38,924 nucleotides of DNA from positions 1 to 38,924 of the IMG/VR virus record IMGVR_UViG_3300032257_000049; one strand, 5' to 3'. This stretch comes from a virus (Duplodnaviria; Caudoviricetes). How positions within the stretch are numbered: the stretch's first letter is position 1; every line of letters starts with the position of its first letter. Of the stretch, positions 8,324-16,396 are shown piece after piece. The notes beneath the pieces were generated by a model. It searched no databases, was not told the DNA's origin, and saw only the letters and a list, made by a program, of their open reading frames with translations. The position numbers and the translations under genes are program-made.

Positions 8324-8457
8324 GCAGATTAATAATCTGAATAAATGAATATTTATTGTATTTATCTTATCTGGTGTTTGTTTGAGTACCACAGCGAGTA
8401 CCCTTTAATATGATAATGATATATGCTATTGATATATATAGTTATTTGCTTATAAAG

Positions 8458-8479
8458 TCGAATCCCTCCCTCTCCGCCA
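8458..8479 (+). other. attP core = 3' end of a tRNA-Ser gene
   Basis: TCGAATCCCTCCCTCTCCGCCA (T-loop to CCA; G discriminator; acceptor stem pairs with GGAGAG, typical of tRNA-Ser); no 5' half present. Confidence 0.85.
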
Positions 8480-8490
8480 CCCACTATATT

Positions 8491-8517
8491 GAGGCCTTAC
8501 GAGGCCTCTTTTCTTTT
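8491..8517 (+). terminator. Intrinsic terminator after the att core
   Basis: GAGGCCT-TACG-AGGCCTC followed by TTTTCTTTT. Confidence 0.7.
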
Positions 8518-8647
8518 CCCCTAAAACCCGCATAATAGAAGCCTGACAAGGCCGTTAGTTTCCGAGCGCTTCCGATGCCTTATGTGTGAATTGCTGATCT
8601 GAATGAGTACCCATGTGAGTACCTGTCGGTCAGGGGGATGAGTACCA

Positions 8648-9784
8648 ATGTTAAACAACACCCAGATCAAACGTCTTAAGCCTAAAGAAAAGCGTTATCG
8701 CGTGCTGGATTACGACGGGCTGTATCTTGAAATCAAACCCAGTGGCGGCAAGTTCTGGCGGCTGCGTTTTATTAAGGCTGATGGCAAACCCACCATGAAA
8801 AGCCTGGGTGAATATCCTGGTGTTTCTATAGAGCAAGCCAGAACCGAACGCGATGATCAAAAGCGCGCCCATGACTACGAATCAACCACATTCAAAGAAG
8901 CGGCAAAGGCCTGGTATTTAACGCAGACTTACACATCAGAAAAAAATAAAAAGCAGGTCTGGAACATGATTGACCGTTATCTGATTCCGTCGCTGGGTGA
9001 TCTGAAAATGTCGATGATTAAAGCTGGCGATATTTTGCCCATCTTAAAAGGCATTGAGAAACGCGGAAAGCTGGAACAGTGCAAGCGGGTCAGAACAAAA
9101 GCCTCTCAAATATTCCGCTATGGTATTGCAAATTTAATGTGTGAATATGATCCGGCTTATCTGGTGCGTGATGCTACTGAAAAACCAAAGCCAAAAAGTC
9201 GGGCGGGGATTACCGATAAAAAACAATTCAAAGGTTTATTGGTTGCTATTGATCAGGCTGACACGTTAAACCTTGTCACTAAAATTGCGCTTCAATTATC
9301 GCCTTATGTATTTTTGCGTTCAGTTGAATTAAGAAGTATTACCGATGAGATGATTGATTTTAAATCAGGTCTTCTTACCTTGCCTGCAATTAATATGAAA
9401 AAGAAACGTGATCACGTTGTTCCGTTACATCCAACAGCGGCAGCCTTATTGAAACAAGCTATTGGCGTTCGTACTGAAGAAAGCAATTTAGTTTTCCCTG
9501 GGTTCCGAAAGGGTCGCTTGCTAAGTGAGAATACTTTTAACCAGGCATTAAGGGTGCTTGGCTATGATGGTGACACCCATGTGCATCATGGTTTTAGAAC
9601 TTCATTCTCAACACTGGCCAGAGAGGTTCACCGGTTTGAAAATGATTTAATTGAAAGGCAGCTGGCACATGTACAAAAAGATTCTACCCGCGCCGCTTAT
9701 GACCGGTCATACCGCCTTGAAGATCGTTCATCTATGATGCTGCAATGGGGTGATTATCTGGATCGGTTGCGCAAGACAAAGTGA
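8648..9784 (+). CDS. int: Tyrosine integrase, P4-like with N-terminal arm-binding domain
   Basis: DYDGLYLEIKPSGGKFWRLRF arm domain; catalytic R (LRSVE), K, HGFR, LAH, AAY. Confidence 0.95.
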   Translation: MLNNTQIKRLKPKEKRYRVLDYDGLYLEIKPSGGKFWRLRFIKADGKPTMKSLGEYPGVSIEQARTERDDQKRAHDYESTTFKEAAKAWYLTQTYTSEKNKKQVWNMIDRYLIPSLGDLKMSMIKAGDILPILKGIEKRGKLEQCKRVRTKASQIFRYGIANLMCEYDPAYLVRDATEKPKPKSRAGITDKKQFKGLLVAIDQADTLNLVTKIALQLSPYVFLRSVELRSITDEMIDFKSGLLTLPAINMKKKRDHVVPLHPTAAALLKQAIGVRTEESNLVFPGFRKGRLLSENTFNQALRVLGYDGDTHVHHGFRTSFSTLAREVHRFENDLIERQLAHVQKDSTRAAYDRSYRLEDRSSMMLQWGDYLDRLRKTK

Positions 9785-10091
9785 ATGCTTTTAATGCTTT
9801 CTCACTGATGTTTTGCTGGTGCTTATCAAGCTTTTTGTAAGTCTCTCTCAATTTTCGCAGCTGAACTTTTTGTTTGCAGATCGGCATTTTTTGAATAAAT
9901 GATTTGGTTGTTAAGTGGTGTTGTGTTTTTGCAAACGCAACAACGGGATCAAGCAAGCTGTCTATTTTTCGATCAAATTCACGGTCATAATGATCAGTAT
10001 CACTGAACAGTTTTTTGGCATGTCGAATGTTTGCCACTACTTCTGGTAATGTCATGGGGTTCTCTGTTTTAAATTTATTATTATTATTCAT
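9732..10091 (-). CDS. Hypothetical protein, convergent with int
   Basis: 119-aa ORF at the end of the leftward operon; 3' end overlaps int. Confidence 0.5.
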   Translation of the reverse strand: MNNNNKFKTENPMTLPEVVANIRHAKKLFSDTDHYDREFDRKIDSLLDPVVAFAKTQHHLTTKSFIQKMPICKQKVQLRKLRETYKKLDKHQQNISEKALKAFTLSCATDPDNHPIAAS

Positions 10092-10105
10092 TTTTGCGGG
10101 CGCGA

Positions 10106-10321
10106 TTATACAGTAGATAGCGGCTGGCTGTCTTGATCACTTGAAACTTCCGGTGAAAAAAACTGATCAATAAATTCATCAACGTCAGATTCCAACCAAT
10201 AGGGTATGTGTTTTTCATAGGTTGGTGACGGAAAAGAACCGTCATTAACCCGTTCATTTAATGTTGATGGTGAGTATCCGGTTTTATCCAGAACAGTGGC
10301 TTTTCTGATTCTGCGTTTCAT
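10106..10321 (-). CDS. AlpA-family excisionase / recombination directionality factor
   Basis: IRKATVLDKTGYSPSTLNERVNDGSFPSP...WLESDVDEFI. Confidence 0.85.
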   Translation of the reverse strand: MKRRIRKATVLDKTGYSPSTLNERVNDGSFPSPTYEKHIPYWLESDVDEFIDQFFSPEVSSDQDSQPLSTV

Positions 10322-11301
10322 GACTGATGATCTCCTGCCATTTCGTTTAATGCGTCATTGATATGAATGCATTTAATGTTTTCATTTTTTAGATGATTTT
10401 CAAATGATGAAGTTCTGAAATGTGTTAGGTGTAGCGCGTAGGGTGTTATTGGGTTAACCCACGGCATCCATTCTTCAATAATTTCAGAACAGTTATAAAA
10501 TACTTTTAGGTTTTCAGCGTGTAATGATTTGCCGGTGCCTTGATCGCAGTAAACAATAACGGCAACAGACTGTTCTTCGATTGGCACAGGCTCCAATTCG
10601 ATTGCCACATGTGGTGACAGCCAATTTTCTGTTAAATCAATAGCGGCCATTTTAGCTGCTTCACGATCAAGCACACAGGCATATTGAATTCTGTTACCGC
10701 ATGTACACGGGCAACCTTCATCAGAAAAGCGTTCAACATAATCGCGCTCACCGCGCGCGCCTATCATTACTATTCTTACTTTTTCGCTTTGATCAAGGCG
10801 GTATTGTTTTTCAATCAGTGCCCAGGCTTCATCATGAATCGACCAGTCGGCTTCAATCACAGCACATTCAAGTTTTCTTTTGCCGTCAGCTTTTCGCATG
10901 GTATTAATTTTGCTGTCTATATTGCAAAGTACCAGCAGTTCATCATCAGATAAATATTTAAGATCAGTGGCTTTTATGACGGTGTATCTTTTTTCACGTT
11001 CAAATTTATTAGCCATGCCACTGGCAGTCGGATCAACGCCCTGTGATTTTAATGCTGATCGGGTGTCATCAATGATTTTTTCTTTGTTGTTTTCAAATAG
11101 TCGGCTGGCTTCATCTTCTGGAATATTTGAAACCACCACTGGTGTTTTCAGTGATTCTTTTCTTTCAAAGGAATCACACTCATCAATAATTTGAGTGTTA
11201 TTGTGTGAGTGGCTTTTTATGATAACGTTTGAGCAATGACCAAATTCACGAATACATAAATGACATATTGATGTGTTTGATAATTCTTTGGAATCACTCA
11301 T
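10318..11301 (-). CDS. Mosaic hypothetical early protein
   Basis: 327 aa; Cys-rich N-terminus, central FEREKRYTVIK...CAVIEADW module, C-terminal P-loop-like YCDQGTGKS. Confidence 0.7.
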   Translation of the reverse strand: MSDSKELSNTSICHLCIREFGHCSNVIIKSHSHNNTQIIDECDSFERKESLKTPVVVSNIPEDEASRLFENNKEKIIDDTRSALKSQGVDPTASGMANKFEREKRYTVIKATDLKYLSDDELLVLCNIDSKINTMRKADGKRKLECAVIEADWSIHDEAWALIEKQYRLDQSEKVRIVMIGARGERDYVERFSDEGCPCTCGNRIQYACVLDREAAKMAAIDLTENWLSPHVAIELEPVPIEEQSVAVIVYCDQGTGKSLHAENLKVFYNCSEIIEEWMPWVNPITPYALHLTHFRTSSFENHLKNENIKCIHINDALNEMAGDHQS

Positions 11302-11618
11302 GGTAGTACCTTCACTTTATAATGCATGGCCATCAGGCAAGATTTAAACGCTGATTTTATTCTGCCGTTACCATAAAGTTTCATCAGGTTGTAATTGAAG
11401 CGCAGCTTGGTGAATAAAATATTGATTTTAATTTTATCGTGCGAGGTCAAATAGCGTGTGCCTTTGTACAGGTAAAATATTGTTTTATAATTGTCATCAA
11501 TAACAATTATTTTTTTGCCAAATAGCACAGCTTTCACCAGTGGCCACCATCCTGCTTTCAGTGTGTTAAACATCCCCTGAAGATTTTGGTCAAGTTGATT
11601 TTGTGTGGGTTCAGTCAT
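11298..11618 (-). CDS. Hypothetical protein
   Basis: 106-aa ORF with start/stop overlaps on both sides. Confidence 0.6.
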   Translation of the reverse strand: MTEPTQNQLDQNLQGMFNTLKAGWWPLVKAVLFGKKIIVIDDNYKTIFYLYKGTRYLTSHDKIKINILFTKLRFNYNLMKLYGNGRIKSAFKSCLMAMHYKVKVLP

Positions 11619-11964
11619 GACGGTTAACCATTGTTAAAGTGGCACCGGCTGGCAAGTTGTAAATATTAAAATTCATGATGCTATTTGTTTCACTGGCTGA
11701 CAGTCCGTTTGTTTTAATTTCTTTGACCTTCCAAGCGTATTTGTAAGGCTTAAAAAAATCGTTAAATCGTTTCACCAGATGTTTTCTGGTTGATCTGTTT
11801 TTGTAGTGTCTACGGTTATTTATAAATAATGGGTTGCACTCGCTTTCAATGATGATGGCTTTTTTATTATCCTTATCAATCTCAACGGGCAGTGTTAAAT
11901 TGTTGGTTAAAAATAATTCTTTAATGGCTGGTTTGCAGTTTGAAAAATTGATGATGGCTTTCAT
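11611..11964 (-). CDS. Hypothetical protein
   Basis: 117-aa ORF, RBS AAGGGG. Confidence 0.6.
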   Translation of the reverse strand: MKAIINFSNCKPAIKELFLTNNLTLPVEIDKDNKKAIIIESECNPLFINNRRHYKNRSTRKHLVKRFNDFFKPYKYAWKVKEIKTNGLSASETNSIMNFNIYNLPAGATLTMVNRHD

Positions 11965-11986
11965 GGTGTGGTTCCCCTTTTTATAA

Positions 11987-12172
11987 TTAGTGTTGCTGGT
12001 TAATGTTAATTTTTATTACGTCACGGGCACTGGTGGGTTCACCATCAATGCCAGAACGTGTGGCAATAACAAAGCGGTCAGTGGTGGATGATACTGACCA
12101 GCTGGCGTTATTTAATTCGAACTCAAAACCGACGTTCGGACGTTGTTGAAATTCATTATTATTAGTTGTCAT
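11987..12172 (-). CDS. Hypothetical protein
   Basis: 61-aa ORF tightly packed in the operon. Confidence 0.55.
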   Translation of the reverse strand: MTTNNNEFQQRPNVGFEFELNNASWSVSSTTDRFVIATRSGIDGEPTSARDVIKININQQH

Positions 12173-12174
12173 TT

Positions 12175-12363
12175 TTATGCCGGTGTAATGTTTGTGTTTA
12201 AGCGTCTGACCGTGCCGGTAAAACCAAAACGTTTGGCCACTCTTTTAAGTAGTATTTTTTCAAATTTGTACGCACTACCACTTTCAAAGGTTTCGACAAT
12301 TTCAGATTCTTTGCCTTTTTGATTGCCGTGCTGCCATTCAATTTGAATTTTATGAGCCATCAT
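12175..12363 (-). CDS. Hypothetical protein
   Basis: Likely start MMAHKIQ with RBS AGAGG. Confidence 0.55.
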   Translation of the reverse strand: MMAHKIQIEWQHGNQKGKESEIVETFESGSAYKFEKILLKRVAKRFGFTGTVRRLNTNITPA

Positions 12364-12376
12364 TAAAAGCCTCTGA

Positions 12377-12694
12377 TTAATCGTGTTGAAACATATCACC
12401 CTGATTTTCATCGTATATCGACAGATAGCCTTTTTTTCCAACATGCATGACGGTTTTTGTGGTTCTTTCTTTGTTGGTTTTTCCGGTGATGTCAGGCACG
12501 TTGAAAGTGAGTTTGTGTTTTATTTCAACTTGCTGGCTGGTGCCTTGTTGTTTAAAATCAAGTTTTATATTGATGCTGCCTGCCTTGTTAAAATTCACCA
12601 CGGCTTGTGATACTTCAGCCAGTGCTTCACCCAGTTTTTGTTCAAAAATACTGGCTTCCAGTTCTTCAATAAATTTTTGTACATCGGTTTTCAT
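12377..12694 (-). CDS. YfdP-like prophage protein
   Basis: TDVQKFIEELEASIFEQKLGEALAEV...HKL...TVMHVGKKGYLSI..QGDMF. Confidence 0.75.
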   Translation of the reverse strand: MKTDVQKFIEELEASIFEQKLGEALAEVSQAVVNFNKAGSINIKLDFKQQGTSQQVEIKHKLTFNVPDITGKTNKERTTKTVMHVGKKGYLSIYDENQGDMFQHD

Positions 12695-12709
12695 TTTGTA
12701 TTTTCCTTG

Positions 12710-13597
12710 TTAGTGAAACGATCTGATGAGTTTAAAATAGCGCTTGGCTTCATGACCAACCCATTCACCCACGGGAACTGAAACGCCATTGCCTATCATT
12801 GTATAAGCGGCTGTGTCCGTGCAGTTAAATTGAAATGAATCTGGCACGCCCTGAAGCCGTGCATATTCGCGCACACTGTAAGGGCGCACACCCATTGGAA
12901 AACGTTTGTCTTTAACTAAGCGCGTGCTTTTATCTTTACCGTAATGCGCCACGCAGGTTGGTGCTAAATCATTATTTTTAGGGTCTGAAATAATCGGTAA
13001 GTCACGGTATCCACCTTTCATGCGTTTCATTACATAAGGGGGAATAGTTATTTCTGGGTCACGCTCTAAAATACTTTTCAACGTTTTAGCTTTGACCTTT
13101 TTAGGTGGTCGCCAGTTGAATGGTTTTTTGCTGGCCATAATAATTAAGCGGTCACGTTTTTGTGGTAGCCATGTTTGCGACTGGATAGGGCAAAAGGTTT
13201 TTATAAAATAGTTTGGCAGCTTGGTCATGGCTTCCATCACTAACGGGAATGCGCGCATACCTGGCACGTTTTCAATCACATACATTTCAGGGCTGTGAAG
13301 TGCGATGTGTCTGAGCGCATGAAGAAATAATTCATCACCGGTGCGCGTGCCGTGAATGCTGGCAATGGTTGAATATTTAGTGCAAGGATAGGTGAACACC
13401 ATCACATCAGAAGGTGAGTCATTCAGTGCCAGTTTTTCTGATATATCAATGGGCTGAATGTTGTTTTTAAAATTCTTTCGCTGAACTTTGCAGGCGGTTT
13501 TATCCAGTTCAAATGATTGTTGAATATTTAAACCGGCTTGCTGCAAACCAATATCAAAAAGTCCTGCCCCTGAAAAATAACTGTTCACATTGATCAT
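12710..13597 (-). CDS. DNA (cytosine-5)-methyltransferase, orphan
   Basis: Motifs I (FSGAG), IV (TYPC), VI (IENV), VIII (QKRDR), IX (REYARLQG), X (IGNGV); no cognate restriction enzyme seen. Confidence 0.93.
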   Translation of the reverse strand: MINVNSYFSGAGLFDIGLQQAGLNIQQSFELDKTACKVQRKNFKNNIQPIDISEKLALNDSPSDVMVFTYPCTKYSTIASIHGTRTGDELFLHALRHIALHSPEMYVIENVPGMRAFPLVMEAMTKLPNYFIKTFCPIQSQTWLPQKRDRLIIMASKKPFNWRPPKKVKAKTLKSILERDPEITIPPYVMKRMKGGYRDLPIISDPKNNDLAPTCVAHYGKDKSTRLVKDKRFPMGVRPYSVREYARLQGVPDSFQFNCTDTAAYTMIGNGVSVPVGEWVGHEAKRYFKLIRSFH

Positions 13598-13887
13598 GCT
13601 GCTTTCCCCAATTTTATTTTTTTAATTAACTCGTCTAACCAGAATAAACCGTCTGTCGTCACCATTATTTTGGTGCTGATCTGTTCACCTAAAACATCAT
13701 GCTTCCAGCTGCTGTTTTTGGTGGTTAAATACCCCTGATCAACAAAGCGTGAAAAGGGCAGGTTGATATTGGTCTGTTTGTCTTTGTAAATAATTTTTTG
13801 ATCTTTTAATAAGGCAATGAATTTGTTTCTGCCCATGCCCAGCCGTTTGGCGGTTTCTTGCAGGGTGAGATTTTTTTGCCCGTCCAT
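13594..13887 (-). CDS. Phage antirepressor, KilAC/ANT domain
   Basis: LQETAKRLGMGRNKFIALLKDQKII...NLP...QGY...VTTDGLFWL. Confidence 0.82.
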   Translation of the reverse strand: MDGQKNLTLQETAKRLGMGRNKFIALLKDQKIIYKDKQTNINLPFSRFVDQGYLTTKNSSWKHDVLGEQISTKIMVTTDGLFWLDELIKKIKLGKAA

Positions 13888-13890
13888 GAC

Positions 13891-14130
13891 TCAAGCGATT
13901 GAATCAGGGGTAAGTGAAAAGGCGGGCTGGCTTCTGTTTTTTCGTTGATTCAAATGAATAACGTCACCGTGCATTTTTTGACAGGGCGGGTGCTGGTCTG
14001 TTGCCAGCAATGTAATGTCACCGTGATTGATTTGCAGCACGCAGTTTATTTTTTTAGCAAACAGGTCTAGTTCATAAAGCGACACATTCACCGGCATTTT
14101 TACGACTCTGACGGGGTGTTGTTTAGCCAT
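13891..14130 (-). CDS. Hypothetical protein, first gene of the pL operon
   Basis: 79 aa, directly downstream of pL. Confidence 0.6.
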   Translation of the reverse strand: MAKQHPVRVVKMPVNVSLYELDLFAKKINCVLQINHGDITLLATDQHPPCQKMHGDVIHLNQRKNRSQPAFSLTPDSIA

Positions 14131-14162
14131 TTCCAGTCACCTATGTGGATAAAAGATAAACA

Positions 14163-14192
14163 ATAATAAACATTAAGTTTATATACAGTCAA
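14163..14192 (-). promoter_or_regulatory. pL promoter with OL operator ATAAAC-N5-GTTTAT (14166-14182)
   Basis: Minus strand TTGACT-18-TATTAT; ATAAACATTAAGTTTATATAC (14166-14186) is identical to 16302-16322. Confidence 0.8.
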
Positions 14193-14282
14193 CTAAAAAG
14201 TTTATTTATGTGTATTTATCGGGCACAAAAAGCGCTGAATGACCAGATGTTTTGATGATGGGGTGGTGTGGTTAGGGCAGGC

Positions 14283-14305
14283 AAAAGCCCGCATTGCGGG
14301 CTTTT
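14283..14305. terminator. Bidirectional intrinsic terminator closing the immunity region
   Basis: AAAAGCCCGC-ATT-GCGGGCTTTT. Confidence 0.85.
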
Positions 14306-14312
14306 GAGGGGG

Positions 14313-14864
14313 TTACAGCTGGGCGCGTTTGTGCGACTGGGGGTTTTTATTGAGTATTTTGGTTAGCGTGTTGATTCGTGTTTTCAGTAGCAGGATGTCA
14401 TCACGGTTGCTTGTGGATTGTTTGACAGGGTGCGTGCGCCGCTGTTGTTCGGCCTGAATGTCCAGGGTTAGCTGATAGCGTTTTTCATCCAGTTTGAACT
14501 GACTAGCCTGTATGGTTTCCAGTCGGGTTTGTTGTTTTTCCAGCGCGCGCAGCTTGGCCATGACTTCGCTTTTGTGAAGCCTGCTTTCTTTTAGCATTTG
14601 GTCTTGTTTGGTGATGGTGGTGTTTAAGTCTTCAGGTATGGTTTCATATATATCCATACTGAATTCTAACTGGCTGATGCGTTGATCATTATTTTGTTCT
14701 GCTTGTAAACGGTTCAGCGTGGTGCCCAGGTAGGATGAGACCATTAATAAAATAGCGGCGGCCACTAATTTAAAGCCGGTTATTATTTGCCCCCTGGTGC
14801 TGCTGGCAATCAATGCTTTTTTTGCTTCTAGTTTAACGGTTTGAAGATAGCTTTCTGTTTCCAT
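14313..14864 (-). CDS. Single-TM coiled-coil membrane protein (immunity-region accessory)
   Basis: Hydrophobic LVAAAILLMVSSYL followed by a long Gln/Glu/Lys heptad-rich region; RBS AGGGG. Confidence 0.75.
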   Translation of the reverse strand: METESYLQTVKLEAKKALIASSTRGQIITGFKLVAAAILLMVSSYLGTTLNRLQAEQNNDQRISQLEFSMDIYETIPEDLNTTITKQDQMLKESRLHKSEVMAKLRALEKQQTRLETIQASQFKLDEKRYQLTLDIQAEQQRRTHPVKQSTSNRDDILLLKTRINTLTKILNKNPQSHKRAQL

Positions 14865-15025
14865 GAAATACCCCTAATTATTTATTTATTTTTTTTGTTT
14901 GCGCGGTGAACGTTATTTGATTAAAAGACTGGTGTGAAGCGGGGTCTCAAAATAGTCTTAAAATAATACTTTTGGGAATGCGGGCGCGGGTTGACGTGTG
15001 CGTTCTGGGAAAAAGTGAGACTGAT

Positions 15026-15718
15026 TTAATCAATTAATGATAATTGGTTGGCATTTTTTCGGCTTCTGGTGTCGTTACTCTGTGATGAAATGCCGATGAT
15101 GCGCAGGGGAATGGTGAAGTCATCAAATTCAGTGATGATGTAAGAAACGCGGAACTGATAACTGCCGTCATGTTTTAGAATTCGATAACTTAATATATGA
15201 ATAGAACCTGATAAATCATGCAGGCAATCTGACAGGGTATCCAGCACATTGTCATGGTCATCTTCATGAATATAATTTAGTAAGTCATCCAGGGGCACGC
15301 TGATGAAATCATCATGACTGGCAGACGGGTCAACGGTTAATTTTTGAAATGTAAACTGGCGGCTATGCACATCAATTTCCCATTCAAAAAACTTGAACAC
15401 TTCTTTTTGTAACTGCTGTTTTAATATCAAGGTATTGTTCTGTTTGAAATTGTCAGGTGACTGTTCGCGGCGATTTTCGCGCACAGAACCGGTGCCGTTG
15501 TAAATCCAGACCCAGTTAATGTGTTCATGCTCGAAAGCCAGCGCAATGCGTTTGGCGTTTTTCTCGGTGATGCGGTCAGCATTTTCCCAGCGATACAGTG
15601 ACGACTTTGCCAGCCGTTTATGCTTTGGATTGCCAGCGGTTGCCGTGGCCATGTCGTCAGGCGTATTAAAACCTAAAACTTCCCTGAGTTTTCGTATCCG
15701 ACGGGAGAAATCTTTCAC
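15026..15718 (-). CDS. XRE-type HTH fused to a C-terminal PAS (PAS_3/PAC-like) sensor domain
   Basis: N-term RIRKLRE...KSSLYRWEN...INWVWIYNGTG; C-term FEWEID...YIHEDD...YRILKHDGSYQF...PLRIIGI. Confidence 0.8.
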   Translation of the reverse strand: MKDFSRRIRKLREVLGFNTPDDMATATAGNPKHKRLAKSSLYRWENADRITEKNAKRIALAFEHEHINWVWIYNGTGSVRENRREQSPDNFKQNNTLILKQQLQKEVFKFFEWEIDVHSRQFTFQKLTVDPSASHDDFISVPLDDLLNYIHEDDHDNVLDTLSDCLHDLSGSIHILSYRILKHDGSYQFRVSYIITEFDDFTIPLRIIGISSQSNDTRSRKNANQLSLID

Positions 15719-15844
15719 AAGTATTTAACAGGACGGAATAATAAAGCGGTGATATTACTGGAAAAAAAGTCTTTATGTAACTTTTATCACGGGTTAAATG
15801 ACAGGCGTTGAATGTTGCGGGTTTACCCTAATTCAGATTGATCA

Positions 15845-16309
15845 TTAAGTGTTCAGAAGGGCGGCAAATCGCATGCCTTCCTTGATGGCTTTGGGGTTCA
15901 GTTCGTGGGTTTTCATCGCGTTTACATAGGCTTGTTTAGCAATTTTACCCAGCGCTTTGGCATCATAGCTTTCAGATAAAACACCTTCTTTGATCATTTC
16001 ATTTTGTGTTTCAATCAAAATTTCAACGATCTGGGCAAACACGTCTTCATCACCGTCACCGCTTAATGGTGTTGGTGGTGGGTTGTTTGTTCGGGTGGCC
16101 GGTTCAATACGGCCTTCACTGAGGGCTTCAAAATCCCAGTTCATGGCTTTGGCTATTGCTGACCGTTTATTGCTGGGCACACCGCGCGTGCGCCAGTTGT
16201 TATAGGTCTGGGGTTCGGTTTGGATGCGTTCACAAAATTCACGCTTGTTCAATCCCAGGCGGTCAAGTTCGGCTTCAATGGTTTTTATTAGTGCATCAAT
16301 CATAAACAT
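15845..16309 (-). CDS. CI-like repressor lacking an S24 autopeptidase domain
   Basis: HTH LGLNKREFCERIQTEPQTYNNWRTRGVP; divergent from cro; short helical C-terminus with no Ser/Lys peptidase motifs. Confidence 0.8.
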   Translation of the reverse strand: MFMIDALIKTIEAELDRLGLNKREFCERIQTEPQTYNNWRTRGVPSNKRSAIAKAMNWDFEALSEGRIEPATRTNNPPPTPLSGDGDEDVFAQIVEILIETQNEMIKEGVLSESYDAKALGKIAKQAYVNAMKTHELNPKAIKEGMRFAALLNT

Positions 16310-16391
16310 TAAGTTTATATACCTTGTTTCGTTAATCAATATACAAAGTGTTTCAATTGTGTAGACTTTGAATAAACAATATGTTTATAAT
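16302..16391. promoter_or_regulatory. OR region: operators at 16302-16318 and 16372-16388; pR TAGACT-18-TATAAT (16362-16391)
   Basis: Palindromes ATAAACATTAAGTTTAT and ATAAACAATATGTTTAT; degenerate copy at 16339-16355. Confidence 0.8.
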
Positions 16392-16396
16392 TGTTT

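Larger units (their letters stand above)
8384..8646 (+). repeat. Integrase arm-type sites of attP (5 x GAGTACC)
   Basis: GAGTACC at 8384, 8396, 8605, 8617 and 8640; two pairs with 12-bp periodicity flank the core. Confidence 0.8.

Noticed and set aside
8458-8479. Possible tRNA gene
   Set aside because: Only the 3' 22 nt are present; upstream DNA is AT-rich with no D or anticodon arm, so it is the att core
8384-8646. GAGTACC repeats as a mini-CRISPR array
   Set aside because: 7-bp units with irregular spacing around an att core next to int fit arm-type sites; no cas genes
12710-13597. Methyltransferase as part of an RM system, or inactive because of TYPC
   Set aside because: No endonuclease neighbour, and the catalytic PC, ENV and other motifs are intact; an ordinary orphan phage methyltransferase
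14313-14864. TM coiled-coil protein as the missing i-spanin
   Set aside because: Opposite strand to late genes, inside the immunity region, and no overlapping o-spanin lipoprotein seen
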